Both the position numbers and the translations under genes were made by a program. A DNA stretch of 64,000 nt from Natronomonas sp. (GTDB taxonomy: Archaea > Halobacteriota > Halobacteria > Halobacteriales > Natrialbaceae), in assembly GCA_047617305.1 (NCBI GenBank), contig JBLGCL010000001.1, positions 5,936 through 69,935 of the forward strand. The letters are read 5' to 3'. This document shows, piece after piece, positions 33,349-42,141 of this stretch (position 1 is its first letter; each line of letters opens with the position of its first letter). The notes under the pieces were generated by a model. The model did no database searches. It was not told where the DNA came from and saw only the letters and a list, made by a program, of their open reading frames with translations.

Positions 33349-34574
33349 GGCAACCACTCCCAGTCCTGCACGGCGACGATGTCGTCCTCGGGCAGTCCCT
33401 CGACGCCCTCGCGGATCTCGATCCAGCCGTCGGCGAGCGCCACCGAGGAGAGGATGCCGGACCCGGAGGCGCGGGTCGGGACGGCGACGCGCTCGCCGTC
33501 CTTCGTCTCCAGCGAGACGCGGGCGAACGTCCGGATGCCGGGCTCGCTCGGGATCTTGCGATCCAGGCGCGCGGGGAACGTCGGCGGGTCGGTCAGCCGG
33601 AGGTCGCCCGCCCACTTCACGGCCGGTCGGAGGAACTGGACGGCGTTGACGATGCACGCGACCGGGAACCCCGGCAGCATGATCACCGGCGTCTCCCCGA
33701 CGACCCCCAGCGCGACCGGGTGGCCGGGCTTGAGCGCGACCCCGTGAACCATGACCTCGCCCATCTCGTCGATCACCTCGGGGATGAGGTCCCGCTCGCC
33801 GACCGACGATCCGCCCGTCGTGACGACCACGTCGTGGTCGAGGTCGCGCTCGACGGCCTCGCGGAGCGTCTCGCGATCGTCCGTGACGACGTCCCGGTAC
33901 GACGGCTCGCCGCCCCACCGGCGGACGAGGTTGGAGACGGTCAGCCCGTTCGTTTCGATGACCTCCCCGGGATCGGGATCCGACTGCACGAGTTCCTCGC
34001 CCGTCGGGATCACGCTCACCCGCGGGCGCTCCCGGACGGCCACGGTCTCGATCCCGGTCGATTTCAGCAGCCCCAGGTCCGAGGGCCGGAGTTGATGCCC
34101 CGGTTCGTAGAGTTCGGCCCGGGCCTCGACGTCCTCGCCGACCGGGCCGACGTTCTCGCCCTCGGCCGCGGCGTCGAACACCTCGATCTCGTCGCCGACC
34201 CGCTCGACGTCCTCGACCTTGACGACCGCGTCGGCACCGTCGGGGAGTTCGCTCCCCGTGTGAACCCTGACGGCGTCGTCGCCCTGCACCGGGCCCTCCT
34301 CGATCTCCCGCAAGACGGTCGGCGAGCGCTCGCTCGCGCCGAAGGTGCTCTCGGCCCGGACGGCGTAGCCGTCCATGGCGGCCCGCGGATAGTGCGGCAC
34401 GGCCAGTTCGGCCCGCACCGACTCCGCCAGGGCCCGCCCGTCGGCCGAATCGAGGCCGACGAATTCCGACCGGTCGACCTTCGAGACGACCGTCCGCAGC
34501 GCCTCGCGGGCCTCGTCGATCCGGGTCCTGTCCTTGAACCCGGCTTCCGTGATGTCCTCGCTCGTGTCGTTCAT
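33345..34574 (-). CDS. moeA: molybdopterin molybdenumtransferase MoeA
   Basis: Lies within ORF 33345..35093. ATG (cat at 34572-34574) gives MNDTSEDITEAGFKDRTRIDEA... Motifs AMDGYAVR, VHTGSELPDGADAVVKVE, VTTGGSSVGERD and HGVALKPGHP. Confidence 0.9.
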   Translation of the reverse strand: MNDTSEDITEAGFKDRTRIDEAREALRTVVSKVDRSEFVGLDSADGRALAESVRAELAVPHYPRAAMDGYAVRAESTFGASERSPTVLREIEEGPVQGDDAVRVHTGSELPDGADAVVKVEDVERVGDEIEVFDAAAEGENVGPVGEDVEARAELYEPGHQLRPSDLGLLKSTGIETVAVRERPRVSVIPTGEELVQSDPDPGEVIETNGLTVSNLVRRWGGEPSYRDVVTDDRETLREAVERDLDHDVVVTTGGSSVGERDLIPEVIDEMGEVMVHGVALKPGHPVALGVVGETPVIMLPGFPVACIVNAVQFLRPAVKWAGDLRLTDPPTFPARLDRKIPSEPGIRTFARVSLETKDGERVAVPTRASGSGILSSVALADGWIEIREGVEGLPEDDIVAVQDWEWLP

Positions 34575-34670
34575 ACCACCAGCCTGGCACGGGGCGACCA
34601 AAAACCCCTCGCGAGTCGGTCGGTCCTGCCGTTTATCCCGTCGGCGAGGGCCATCCTTTATGCGCGACCG

Positions 34671-35485
34671 ATGTGGAGGGGAACCATGACGCTGCCCCTG
34701 CCCGTCCTCGCCCTCGGTGGTCTCGTCGTCGCGGTCGGCGGCGGCTACGGCCTGCGCGAACTGTGGATGGCCTACCGCGTCTACGCCCGCGAACCGGACG
34801 CCGTCATGGACGCGGCCGACGGCGGCCACGTGGAACTTGAAGGGACGGCCCGGCCCGCCGCGGGGACGGTCGACGGGCCGTTCACCGGCGAGGAACCCCT
34901 GATCTGCGACTCGAGGTCGAGGAGTACCGCTCCAGCGGAAAAAGCAGTTCCTGGCGGACGATCGACGACGACAGGATCGCCGTCCCGTTCCTCGTCGACG
35001 AGGGGACCGGGACCGTCCTGGTGGAACCGGCCGGCGCCCGGACGAACATCCCGACGGAAACGAAGATACGGGTCGACGGCGGCGAGGAACCACCGGCCAG
35101 GATCCGCCGGTTCATCGAGGGCAACCCCGACGTGGACAGCGAGAACACCAGCCTCGACCTGAAAGTGATCGAGTTGAACACGGGCAGCGACCGGCGATAC
35201 GTCGAGCGCCGACCCGACCCCGACGAGGACGTCCACGTCCTCGGGCACGCCCGCTACGGGCGCGACGGGCTGGACTACGCGGGGTCGGTCAACGCCGTGA
35301 TCGGGCCTCGCCTGGACGGGGCAGCATCGCTCCGCGCGCGGGACGGCGATCGCCTCGGCGGCCGTGGATTCGTCGTCTCCGACGCCGCGGAACGCGGCGC
35401 AGTCTGGCGGATCGCGAAGCCGGGGCTGGTCGCGCTGTTCCTGGCGGCGCTCGGGGCGGGGTTCGTCGCCCTGCTCTCGGTATGA
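34671..35485 (+). pseudogene. GIDE-like two-TM membrane protein gene interrupted by an apparent 1-nt deletion near 34910
   Basis: Frame A (ATG at 34671 or 34686) reads MTLPLPVLALGGLVVAVGGGYGL...GPFTGEEPLICD, then turns into Ser/Arg junk. Frame B is open from 34841 and reads LEVEEYRSSGKSSSWRTIDDDRIAVPFLVDEGTGTVLVEPAGAR...VWRIAKPGLVALFLAALGAGFVALLSV, ending at the stop at 35485. Joining the frames at gac|ctc around 34910 restores one continuous, sensible protein. Confidence 0.6.
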
Positions 35486-35523
35486 CCACCGCCTTTTTCG
35501 CCCCTGCAACCCAATCCCCCTCC

Positions 35524-35898
35524 ATGTCAGCGCTGCGCGACGCCCTGCGAGACCTGCCAGACTCCATCTACGCGGACCTGCTCGAGTCGGAGGACGCTTA
35601 CCTCGTGATCGTGGATTTACCCGGCGCGACGGGTGACTCGACCGACGTCTACGTCGAGGAGGGCCGAGTTCGCATCGAGGCGAGCCGGGAGAAGGACGTT
35701 CCCCGCGAGTTCCGTTACGTCCAGGAGGAGCGCCCGCTCTTCCTCGACGCCGAACTCCCGCTCCCGCCCGACGCCAGCGAGCGCGGGACCGAGGCGACCG
35801 TCGAGCGGGGCGTCCTCGACCTGCGCATTCCGAAACGCTCGGCGGCCGGGACGACGGTCGAGATCGAGGAGAGCCCCGACGACCCCGAGGACGCGTAA
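35524..35898 (+). CDS. hsp20: Hsp20/alpha-crystallin family small heat-shock protein
   Basis: Lies within ORF 35482..35898. The ATG at 35524 gives MSALRDALRDLPDSIYADLLESEDAYLVIVDLPG...VERGVLDLRIPK. An alternative ATG at 35482 overlaps the preceding stop (ATGA). Confidence 0.84.
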   Translation: MSALRDALRDLPDSIYADLLESEDAYLVIVDLPGATGDSTDVYVEEGRVRIEASREKDVPREFRYVQEERPLFLDAELPLPPDASERGTEATVERGVLDLRIPKRSAAGTTVEIEESPDDPEDA

Positions 35899-35903
35899 GG
35901 GGG

Positions 35904-37580
35904 GTGGTCACGCTGGTCTTCCTCCGGGCGTACAAGCGGTTCTTCGTCGTCGCGTGGCAGTTCCTGCCCCTGTTGCTCGCCTACGCGCGGGACCGCCGTC
36001 GGTTCCTGCTCTTCGGGGGTCGGCGCTCGGTCGACGCCGAGACCCGAGTTCGGCGGGCCGAGCGATTGCTCGATTCCCTGTTGACGCTGGGGCCGACGTT
36101 CATCAAGATCGGCCAGTTACTCTCGACCCGACCGGACGTGCTCCCCCCGGAGTACATCGACGTCCTCTCCCAGCTCCAGGACGAGGTCCCGCCCGCCCCC
36201 TGGGCGGACGCCAGGGAGGTGATCGAGGCGGAACTCGGGCCCGTCGACGAATACTTCGACGAGTTCGACACCGACGCGATCAGCGGGGCGAGCCTCGGCC
36301 AGGTCTACCGGGCGTCGATCGACGGCGAGGACGTCGCCGTGAAGATCCGACGCCCGGGCGTCAAAACCCTCGTCGAGGCCGACCTGCGGGTCGTCCGCTG
36401 GTCGCTCCCCATCCTGATGCGGTTCGTCGACGAGGCGCGGGCGTTCTCGCTGGAGAACCTCGCCGACGAGTTCGCGACGGTGATCCGCCAGGAGATGGAC
36501 TACGAACGCGAGGCCCGAATGCTCACCGAGATTCGGGGTAATTTCGCCGACGACGAGGGCATTATCGTCCCACAGGTCGTCGATTCCCACTCCGGTCCCA
36601 CAGTGCTCACTATGAAGTACGTGCCGGGGACGAAGATCACCGACGTCGAGTCCCTCGACGAGAAAGGGATCGACCTCAGTCGTGTCGCCGAACGACTCAC
36701 CCGGGCGTACTTCAAGATGATCATCGAGGACGGGGTCTACCACGCCGATCCCCATCCGGGGAACCTCGCTATCCAGGAGGACGGGTCGATCGTCTTCTAC
36801 GACTTCGGGATGAGCGGCCGCGTCGACGAGTACATCCAGGAGCGCATCGTCGAGTTCTACGTCGCCGTCGCCAACCGGGACACCGACGCCATCCTCGACG
36901 CCCTGATCGCCATCGGGACGCTGAGTCCCGACGCGGACCGGCAACTCATGGGCGAGGTGATGGAACTGGCGATCCAGGACGCCCGGGGACGGGACGTCGA
37001 CCAGTATCGCGTCCAGCAGATCGTCGGCCAGATCGAGGACTCGATCTACGAGTTCCCCTTCCGCTTGCCCCCGAACCTCGCGCTGGTCCTCCGGGTCGCC
37101 ACGGTCGTCGAGGGGGTCTGCGTGACGCTCGATCCGGAATTCGACTTCATCGAGACCGCCACCGACTACCTCACCGAGCAGGGGTACCGCGAGGAGTCGA
37201 TCCGTCAGTACCTCTCGGAGACGGGCGAGGAGTTCCAGGACGCCGCCTGGTCGATGCTGCGGGTCCCGCCGAAACTGGAGGCGGCGCTCGACCGCGTCGA
37301 CCGGGAGAGCCTCACCGTCCGGGCCGAACTGCGCGATCCGCAGGACCTCTACAGCGAACTCGCCCGCCGGATGATCTACGGGTTCGTCCTCGCCGCCGGA
37401 CTCCTGTCCGCCGCGCTCCTCTACGCGGCCGACAAACTCCCCGGCGCCGTCGTCGCGCTGGGGATCAGTTTCGTCACGTTCGTCATGCTCTACCGGTCGT
37501 TCCGCGAGCCCCGCGGGTTCCCCCGCCAGCCGCAGTTCACCCGACAGGCGATGCGACAGCGCGAGCGCGAGGAGGACTGA
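35904..37580 (+). CDS. ABC1/UbiB (AarF) atypical kinase family protein
   Basis: ORF 35904..37580 (GTG start). LGPTFIKIGQLLSTRPDVLPPEY, ISGASLGQVYRA, VAVKIRRPG and HADPHPGNL, with C-terminal TM helices. Confidence 0.9.
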   Translation: MVTLVFLRAYKRFFVVAWQFLPLLLAYARDRRRFLLFGGRRSVDAETRVRRAERLLDSLLTLGPTFIKIGQLLSTRPDVLPPEYIDVLSQLQDEVPPAPWADAREVIEAELGPVDEYFDEFDTDAISGASLGQVYRASIDGEDVAVKIRRPGVKTLVEADLRVVRWSLPILMRFVDEARAFSLENLADEFATVIRQEMDYEREARMLTEIRGNFADDEGIIVPQVVDSHSGPTVLTMKYVPGTKITDVESLDEKGIDLSRVAERLTRAYFKMIIEDGVYHADPHPGNLAIQEDGSIVFYDFGMSGRVDEYIQERIVEFYVAVANRDTDAILDALIAIGTLSPDADRQLMGEVMELAIQDARGRDVDQYRVQQIVGQIEDSIYEFPFRLPPNLALVLRVATVVEGVCVTLDPEFDFIETATDYLTEQGYREESIRQYLSETGEEFQDAAWSMLRVPPKLEAALDRVDRESLTVRAELRDPQDLYSELARRMIYGFVLAAGLLSAALLYAADKLPGAVVALGISFVTFVMLYRSFREPRGFPRQPQFTRQAMRQREREED

Positions 37581-37668
37581 ACGCCCGGTTGTACGCGGGG
37601 AGCGACGACGAACCACCGGAATGGCCGGCACGGGAACGCCCTTGTCCTTGGGCGTCGTGGGCACCCCC

Positions 37669-38757
37669 ATGGAAATCGAACCGTTCGGTCTCGAGCGCTG
37701 GTTCGCCGAGTACGAACACGACGCCGACATCATGCTGGCCGAGAGCGGGATCCGGAGCCTCGACGCGTCCCGGTTCGACACCGATCCCGGGCCGGTCGGG
37801 TACGTCATCCCGACGAACGGCGACCCGGACTTCCGCGAGCGGATCGGCGAGCGGTACGACCGCCCGCGCGACGAGGTGCTGTTCACGAACGGCACCCAGG
37901 AGGCGAACTTCCTGGCGTTCCTGGCGGCGATCGGGGGAACCGCCCCGGCGACGGAGAGCGGGGGCCACGCCGTCGTGATCACGCCGACCTACCAGGCGCT
38001 GCACGCCGTCCCCGAGGCGTTCGGCGAGGTGACCCGCGTGTCGCTCGATCCGCCCGAGTGGACGCTCGACGTGGACGCCGTCGCCGAGGCGGTGGAGCCC
38101 GACACGGACCTGATCGTGCTGAACAACCCGAACAACCCCACCGGCCGGTATCACGACCGGGCGGTCGTCGACACCCTGTACGACCTCGCCGTGGACGCCG
38201 ACGCGTACCTGCTCTGCGACGAGGTGTACCGCCTGCTGGCCGACGACCCGCTCCCGCCGGTCGCCAGCCTGGGCGAGCGCGGGGTCTCGACGACCAGCCT
38301 CACGAAGGCCTACGGACTGGCGGGGCTCCGGTTCGGTTGGATCGCCGGACCGGAGACGATCGTCGAGCGCGCCTGGAACTGGAAGGACTACACCACCATC
38401 TCGCCCTCGATCTTCGGCCAGCACGTCGCGAAGCAGGCGATCGAGAGCGAGGACGATATCCTGGCGGAGAACCGGGAACTGGCCCGCGACCACCGCGACC
38501 GCGTGGGGGCCTTCGTCGACGAGTACGACCTGGAGTGGTACGATCCGGTGGGCGTCAACGGTTTCGTCACCGTCCCGGACGGTTTCGACGGGGGCCGCGA
38601 GTTCTGCCGGACCGTCGTCGAGGAGGAGAGCGTCGTCCTCGCGCCCGGCGGCCTCTTCGGCTTCCCCGGGTACTTCCGGATCGGGTTCGGCCTCCCGACG
38701 AAGGAACTGACCGAGGGACTGGAACGGGTCGGGCGGGTCATCGACCGGCACGCCTGA
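37669..38757 (+). CDS. pyridoxal-phosphate-dependent aminotransferase (class I/II)
   Basis: Lies within ORF 37621..38757. The ATG at 37669 gives MEIEPFGLERWFAEYEHDADIMLAESG. Then NNPNNPTG and SLTKAYGLAGLRFGW (the PLP lysine) follow. The longer start at 37621 is possible. Confidence 0.87.
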   Translation: MEIEPFGLERWFAEYEHDADIMLAESGIRSLDASRFDTDPGPVGYVIPTNGDPDFRERIGERYDRPRDEVLFTNGTQEANFLAFLAAIGGTAPATESGGHAVVITPTYQALHAVPEAFGEVTRVSLDPPEWTLDVDAVAEAVEPDTDLIVLNNPNNPTGRYHDRAVVDTLYDLAVDADAYLLCDEVYRLLADDPLPPVASLGERGVSTTSLTKAYGLAGLRFGWIAGPETIVERAWNWKDYTTISPSIFGQHVAKQAIESEDDILAENRELARDHRDRVGAFVDEYDLEWYDPVGVNGFVTVPDGFDGGREFCRTVVEEESVVLAPGGLFGFPGYFRIGFGLPTKELTEGLERVGRVIDRHA

Positions 38758-38844
38758 GGCCGTCCATCGCGAGTCTCGGCCGCGGTCGATATCGCTCAGA
38801 CCGACGAAACCACCGCGAGGACCGGTCCAGGACGTTCCAAACGG

Positions 38845-38850
38845 TTTATA
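38845..38850 (+). promoter_or_regulatory. TATA box (TTTATA) 30 nt upstream of the aIF5A ATG
   Basis: AACGGTTTATACCGCC lies in a GC-rich spacer. The spacing fits a leaderless transcript. Confidence 0.55.
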
Positions 38851-38874
38851 CCGCCCCTCCGATTACGGCGCCAT

Positions 38875-39255
38875 ATGGCTAGAGAGCAGAAGGAAGTTCG
38901 CGACCTCCAGGAGGGCAACTACGTGATGATCGACGACGCGGCCTGCAAGATCCGCTCCTACAGCACGGCCAAGCCGGGCAAGCACGGCAGCGCGAAGGCC
39001 CGCATCGAGGCCAAGGGCGTCTTCGACGGCAAGAAGCGGTCGCTCTCCCAGCCCGTCGACGCCAAGGTGTGGGTGCCGATCATCAACCGCAAGCAGGGCC
39101 AGGTCGTCAGCGTCGAGTCCGACGACGTCGCCCAGGTGATGGACCTCGAAACCTACGAGACGATCACCATCTCCGTCCCCGACGCCGTCGACCTCTCGCC
39201 GGACGACGAGATCGAGTACCTCCAGATGGAAGACCAGCGCAAGATCCTCTCCTGA
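38875..39255 (+). CDS. eif5a: translation initiation factor 5A (aIF5A)
   Basis: ORF 38875..39255. [16 protein letters not shown] contains the (deoxy)hypusine lysine loop. A C-terminal OB fold follows. Confidence 0.95.
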   Translation: MAREQKEVRDLQEGNYVMIDDAACKIRSYSTAKPGKHGSAKARIEAKGVFDGKKRSLSQPVDAKVWVPIINRKQGQVVSVESDDVAQVMDLETYETITISVPDAVDLSPDDEIEYLQMEDQRKILS

Positions 39256-39266
39256 GGCCCATCGCC

Positions 39267-40073
39267 ATGTTCCCCGGGGCCACCGCCGACCGCGACGCCG
39301 CCGACTACGTCGTGGTCGGCGCGCCTCTCGACGTGTCCACGACGTTCCAGCCGGGCGCGCGCTTCGGGCCGGATCGCGTCCGCCGGTTCGCGGAGACGTA
39401 CGACGACTACGACCGCGAGACCGGGCGCTCGTTCACCGACCTCGGCGTCCACGACCACGGCGACGTCCGCGCGTGGGACGACGCCGAGGAGTACCTCGAG
39501 TACCTGGAGGGCGACCTGGCGGACGTCGTCAGCGACGGTGCCCTCCCCGTGACCATCGGGGGGGAACACAGCGTCACGCCGGCGGCGGTCCGAGCGACCG
39601 ACCCCGAGACGATCGTCTGTCTCGACGCCCATCTGGACCTGCGCGACGCGTACGGCGGCAACCCGCTCAGCCACGCGACGGCGATGCGCCGGGCGCTCGA
39701 ACACGACACCGTCGAACGGGCCGTGATCCTCGGCGCACGAACCGGCAACCGGGAGGAGTGGGCCCGGGCCGCGGAGCCGGACGTCACCGTGATCCCGCCC
39801 GAGGACGTCGCCGACTGGTCGCCGGCCCTCGACTCCGAGCGCGTCTACCTGAGCGTCGACGTCGATGGCGCCGATCCGGCGTTCGCACCCGGCACCGGTA
39901 CCATGGAACCGTTCGGCCTCTTCCCCCGCGAGATGCGCGATATCGTCCGCGCCGTCGCGCCCGACGCGGTCGGCTTCGACGTGGTCGAGGTCAACGACCG
40001 CGACGACGGCCAGGCCGCGGCCCTCGCCGGAAAGCTCCTCCGGGCGTTCGTCTACGCCCACGCCGACGGGTAG
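39267..40073 (+). CDS. speB: agmatinase (ureohydrolase family)
   Basis: Lies within ORF 39069..40073. The ATG at 39267 gives MFPGATADRDAADYVVVGAPLD. Mn-binding motifs are GGEHSVT, LDAHLDLRD and SVDVDGADPAFAPGTGT. Confidence 0.92.
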   Translation: MFPGATADRDAADYVVVGAPLDVSTTFQPGARFGPDRVRRFAETYDDYDRETGRSFTDLGVHDHGDVRAWDDAEEYLEYLEGDLADVVSDGALPVTIGGEHSVTPAAVRATDPETIVCLDAHLDLRDAYGGNPLSHATAMRRALEHDTVERAVILGARTGNREEWARAAEPDVTVIPPEDVADWSPALDSERVYLSVDVDGADPAFAPGTGTMEPFGLFPREMRDIVRAVAPDAVGFDVVEVNDRDDGQAAALAGKLLRAFVYAHADG

Positions 40074-40164
40074 CGGGAGATCGACGGCGCCGCGCCGGAC
40101 CGCGTCTCGAAGCCCGGATCTCCCTCTCGAAGGCCTTTAGAACCTGGCCGCGGATGCCCCTCAC

Positions 40165-41046
40165 ATGGCCGACTTCTCGTCCTGTTACTTCTGTGGGGCG
40201 GCGCTGGACGCGCCGCTCGAGGAATACCCGGTCGTGCCCGCCGAACTGCACCCCTCACCCGAACGGCAGGGAACCGTCGTGCTCTGCCCGACCTGCCGGG
40301 AGAAACTCGACGCGATCCTCGAGGAGGTGATCGCCGCCGTCGAGGTGGACTCTTCCCTCGACGGACGACGGCCCACGGACTCGACGCTCCAGGCCGCCAC
40401 CAAGGGGGCGACGTCCGGCGTCGAGGCCGAACCGGAGGTGGCCGACGACGCCGAACCGGGGGCGCCCGAGGATCCTGAACCGGATGCGGGCGATGACGCC
40501 GGATCCGGGACGACCCCAGACGCCGAAGCCGGGGAAGAGGCGGCAACCGGCGACGCTTCGGACGACGAAACGGGATCGGAACCGTCGACCCCGACCACGA
40601 CCGCGGCCAGCGAGTCGGACTCCGACTCGATCTTCGACGACGGTTCGTCGGCCGAGACCGACGAGAGCGATCCCTACGGACCCGTGTTCGAAGACGACGA
40701 GAAGGGAGCCCCGTCGACGGACTCCGTCGGCGAGGACGCGACGGACGAGGGCGGCGACGAGGAGGTCGATGACCGGGATAGGTCGACCGACGACCGCCAG
40801 ACCTCGACCGCGTCGGCGGACCGCACCGCCGGGTCGACCGCGATGCCGGACGCCCGTACGTACAACCGGGTCGTCAGGCTGCTCCAGAACCGCGAGTTCC
40901 CCGTCGAGCGCGACGAGATCGAGACGGTCGCGACGAACGCCTACGAACTGTCGCACGAGGAGTTCGACGCGGTGATCCGGGTCGCGATCGACCGCGGGGT
41001 CCTCGAGGAGGCGGACGGCCAACTCGTGCTCCCCGGGGGCGAGTGA
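40165..41046 (+). CDS. hypothetical protein with an N-terminal CxxC...CxxC zinc ribbon, a long acidic disordered linker and a C-terminal helical (wHTH-like) domain
   Basis: ORF 40165..41046. MADFSSCYFCGAAL...VVLCPTCREKL, then about 170 aa rich in D, E, T, S, A and G, then ARTYNRVVRLLQNREFPVERDEIETVATNAYELSHEEFDAVIRVAIDRGVLEE. Confidence 0.7.
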   Translation: MADFSSCYFCGAALDAPLEEYPVVPAELHPSPERQGTVVLCPTCREKLDAILEEVIAAVEVDSSLDGRRPTDSTLQAATKGATSGVEAEPEVADDAEPGAPEDPEPDAGDDAGSGTTPDAEAGEEAATGDASDDETGSEPSTPTTTAASESDSDSIFDDGSSAETDESDPYGPVFEDDEKGAPSTDSVGEDATDEGGDEEVDDRDRSTDDRQTSTASADRTAGSTAMPDARTYNRVVRLLQNREFPVERDEIETVATNAYELSHEEFDAVIRVAIDRGVLEEADGQLVLPGGE

Positions 41047-41048
41047 GG

Positions 41049-41822
41049 ATGGCCACGGAGTTGCGGGACCTGTGCGACCGACTCGACGACCGCCTGCGAA
41101 CCGTCGACTTCGCCGACCTGGACGCGAGCGCCAACGGGCTCCAGGTGGGCCGGGCCGACCGGTCGATCGAGCACGTCGCGTTCGCCGTCGACGGCGTCCG
41201 CGCGACGATCGACGCCGCGGCCGACGCCGACGCGGACCTCCTAGTGACCCACCACGGGATCGTCTGGGGCGGCCTCGATCGCGTGACAGGGGGGACCTAC
41301 GACCGGATCACGCCGCTGGTCGAGAACGACCTCGCGCTGTACGTTTCGCACCTGCCTCTGGACGGCCACCCCGACCTCGGAAACGCGGCCGGCGTGGCCG
41401 ACCTGCTCGACCTGGAGGACCGCGAGCCCTTCGGCGAGATCGGGCCGGAGACGATCGGCCAGCGCGGGCGGACGACCGACCCCGTCACGATCGAGGAACT
41501 GCGGAATCGACTTGCAACCGAACTCGACACCGGGGACGGGCGTGTCCGGGCTTTCGACTTCGGCCCCGACGAGATCGAGGACATCGCGATCGTCACCGGG
41601 AGCGGCGCCGACTTCCTCGGCGAGGCCCGCGAGGCCGACGTGGACGCCCTCGTGACCGGCGAGGCCAAGGGGAAACTCTACCACGAGGCCCGCGAGGCCG
41701 GAGTGAACGTCGTTCTCGGCGGGCATTACGCGACCGAAACCTTCGGCGTCCGGGCGCTCCAGGACCTGGTCGCGGAGTGGGGGCTGGAGACGACGTTCGT
41801 CGATCATCCGACCGGGCTGTGA
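41049..41822 (+). CDS. Nif3-like dinuclear metal centre protein (GTP cyclohydrolase 1 type 2 homologue)
   Basis: Lies within ORF 41043..41822, starting at the ATG at 41049. ANGLQVG, DLLVTHHGIVW, ALYVSHLPLDGHP, VTGEAK and GHYATE. Confidence 0.9.
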   Translation: MATELRDLCDRLDDRLRTVDFADLDASANGLQVGRADRSIEHVAFAVDGVRATIDAAADADADLLVTHHGIVWGGLDRVTGGTYDRITPLVENDLALYVSHLPLDGHPDLGNAAGVADLLDLEDREPFGEIGPETIGQRGRTTDPVTIEELRNRLATELDTGDGRVRAFDFGPDEIEDIAIVTGSGADFLGEAREADVDALVTGEAKGKLYHEAREAGVNVVLGGHYATETFGVRALQDLVAEWGLETTFVDHPTGL

Positions 41823-42141
41823 GGCCGGGACGTCGGATCGTTCTCGCGGTCGAATACACTGGCTCAGGGCCTCCCACTTCCGTTCGACACGCAAGCGTTG
41901 TGCCCGGAGCATGAGTCCGAGTCCGATGGCGGCCGCGATCCACGACGCGCCGACGATCCACGGGTTCCGCTCGCCGGCCACCTCGTGACTGGACGCCGCG
42001 TACACGACGTAGTACCCGTCCTCCGTCTCCACGAGTTCGTTCGCGCCGTCGAGTTCGTCGCTGGTCGTCACCGATCCGGTCCGGATCGTCATCACAGGGG
42101 GAATCGCGGCGTTCAAACCGCTGGGCGTTCGAACCCTCGCT

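Noticed and set aside
31456-34590. The 1044-aa track ORF read as one giant MoeA fusion protein.
   Set aside because: The N-terminal 410 aa of that frame is Arg/Gly/Pro junk antisense-like sequence. The real upstream MoeA is in another frame (33345..34574). The downstream gene starts at a GTG overlapping its stop (GTGA at 33345-33348).
34900-34915. Programmed -1 ribosomal frameshifting in the GIDE-like gene.
   Set aside because: There is no slippery heptamer or obvious downstream pseudoknot. A 1-nt deletion or a sequencing error explains the frame change more simply.
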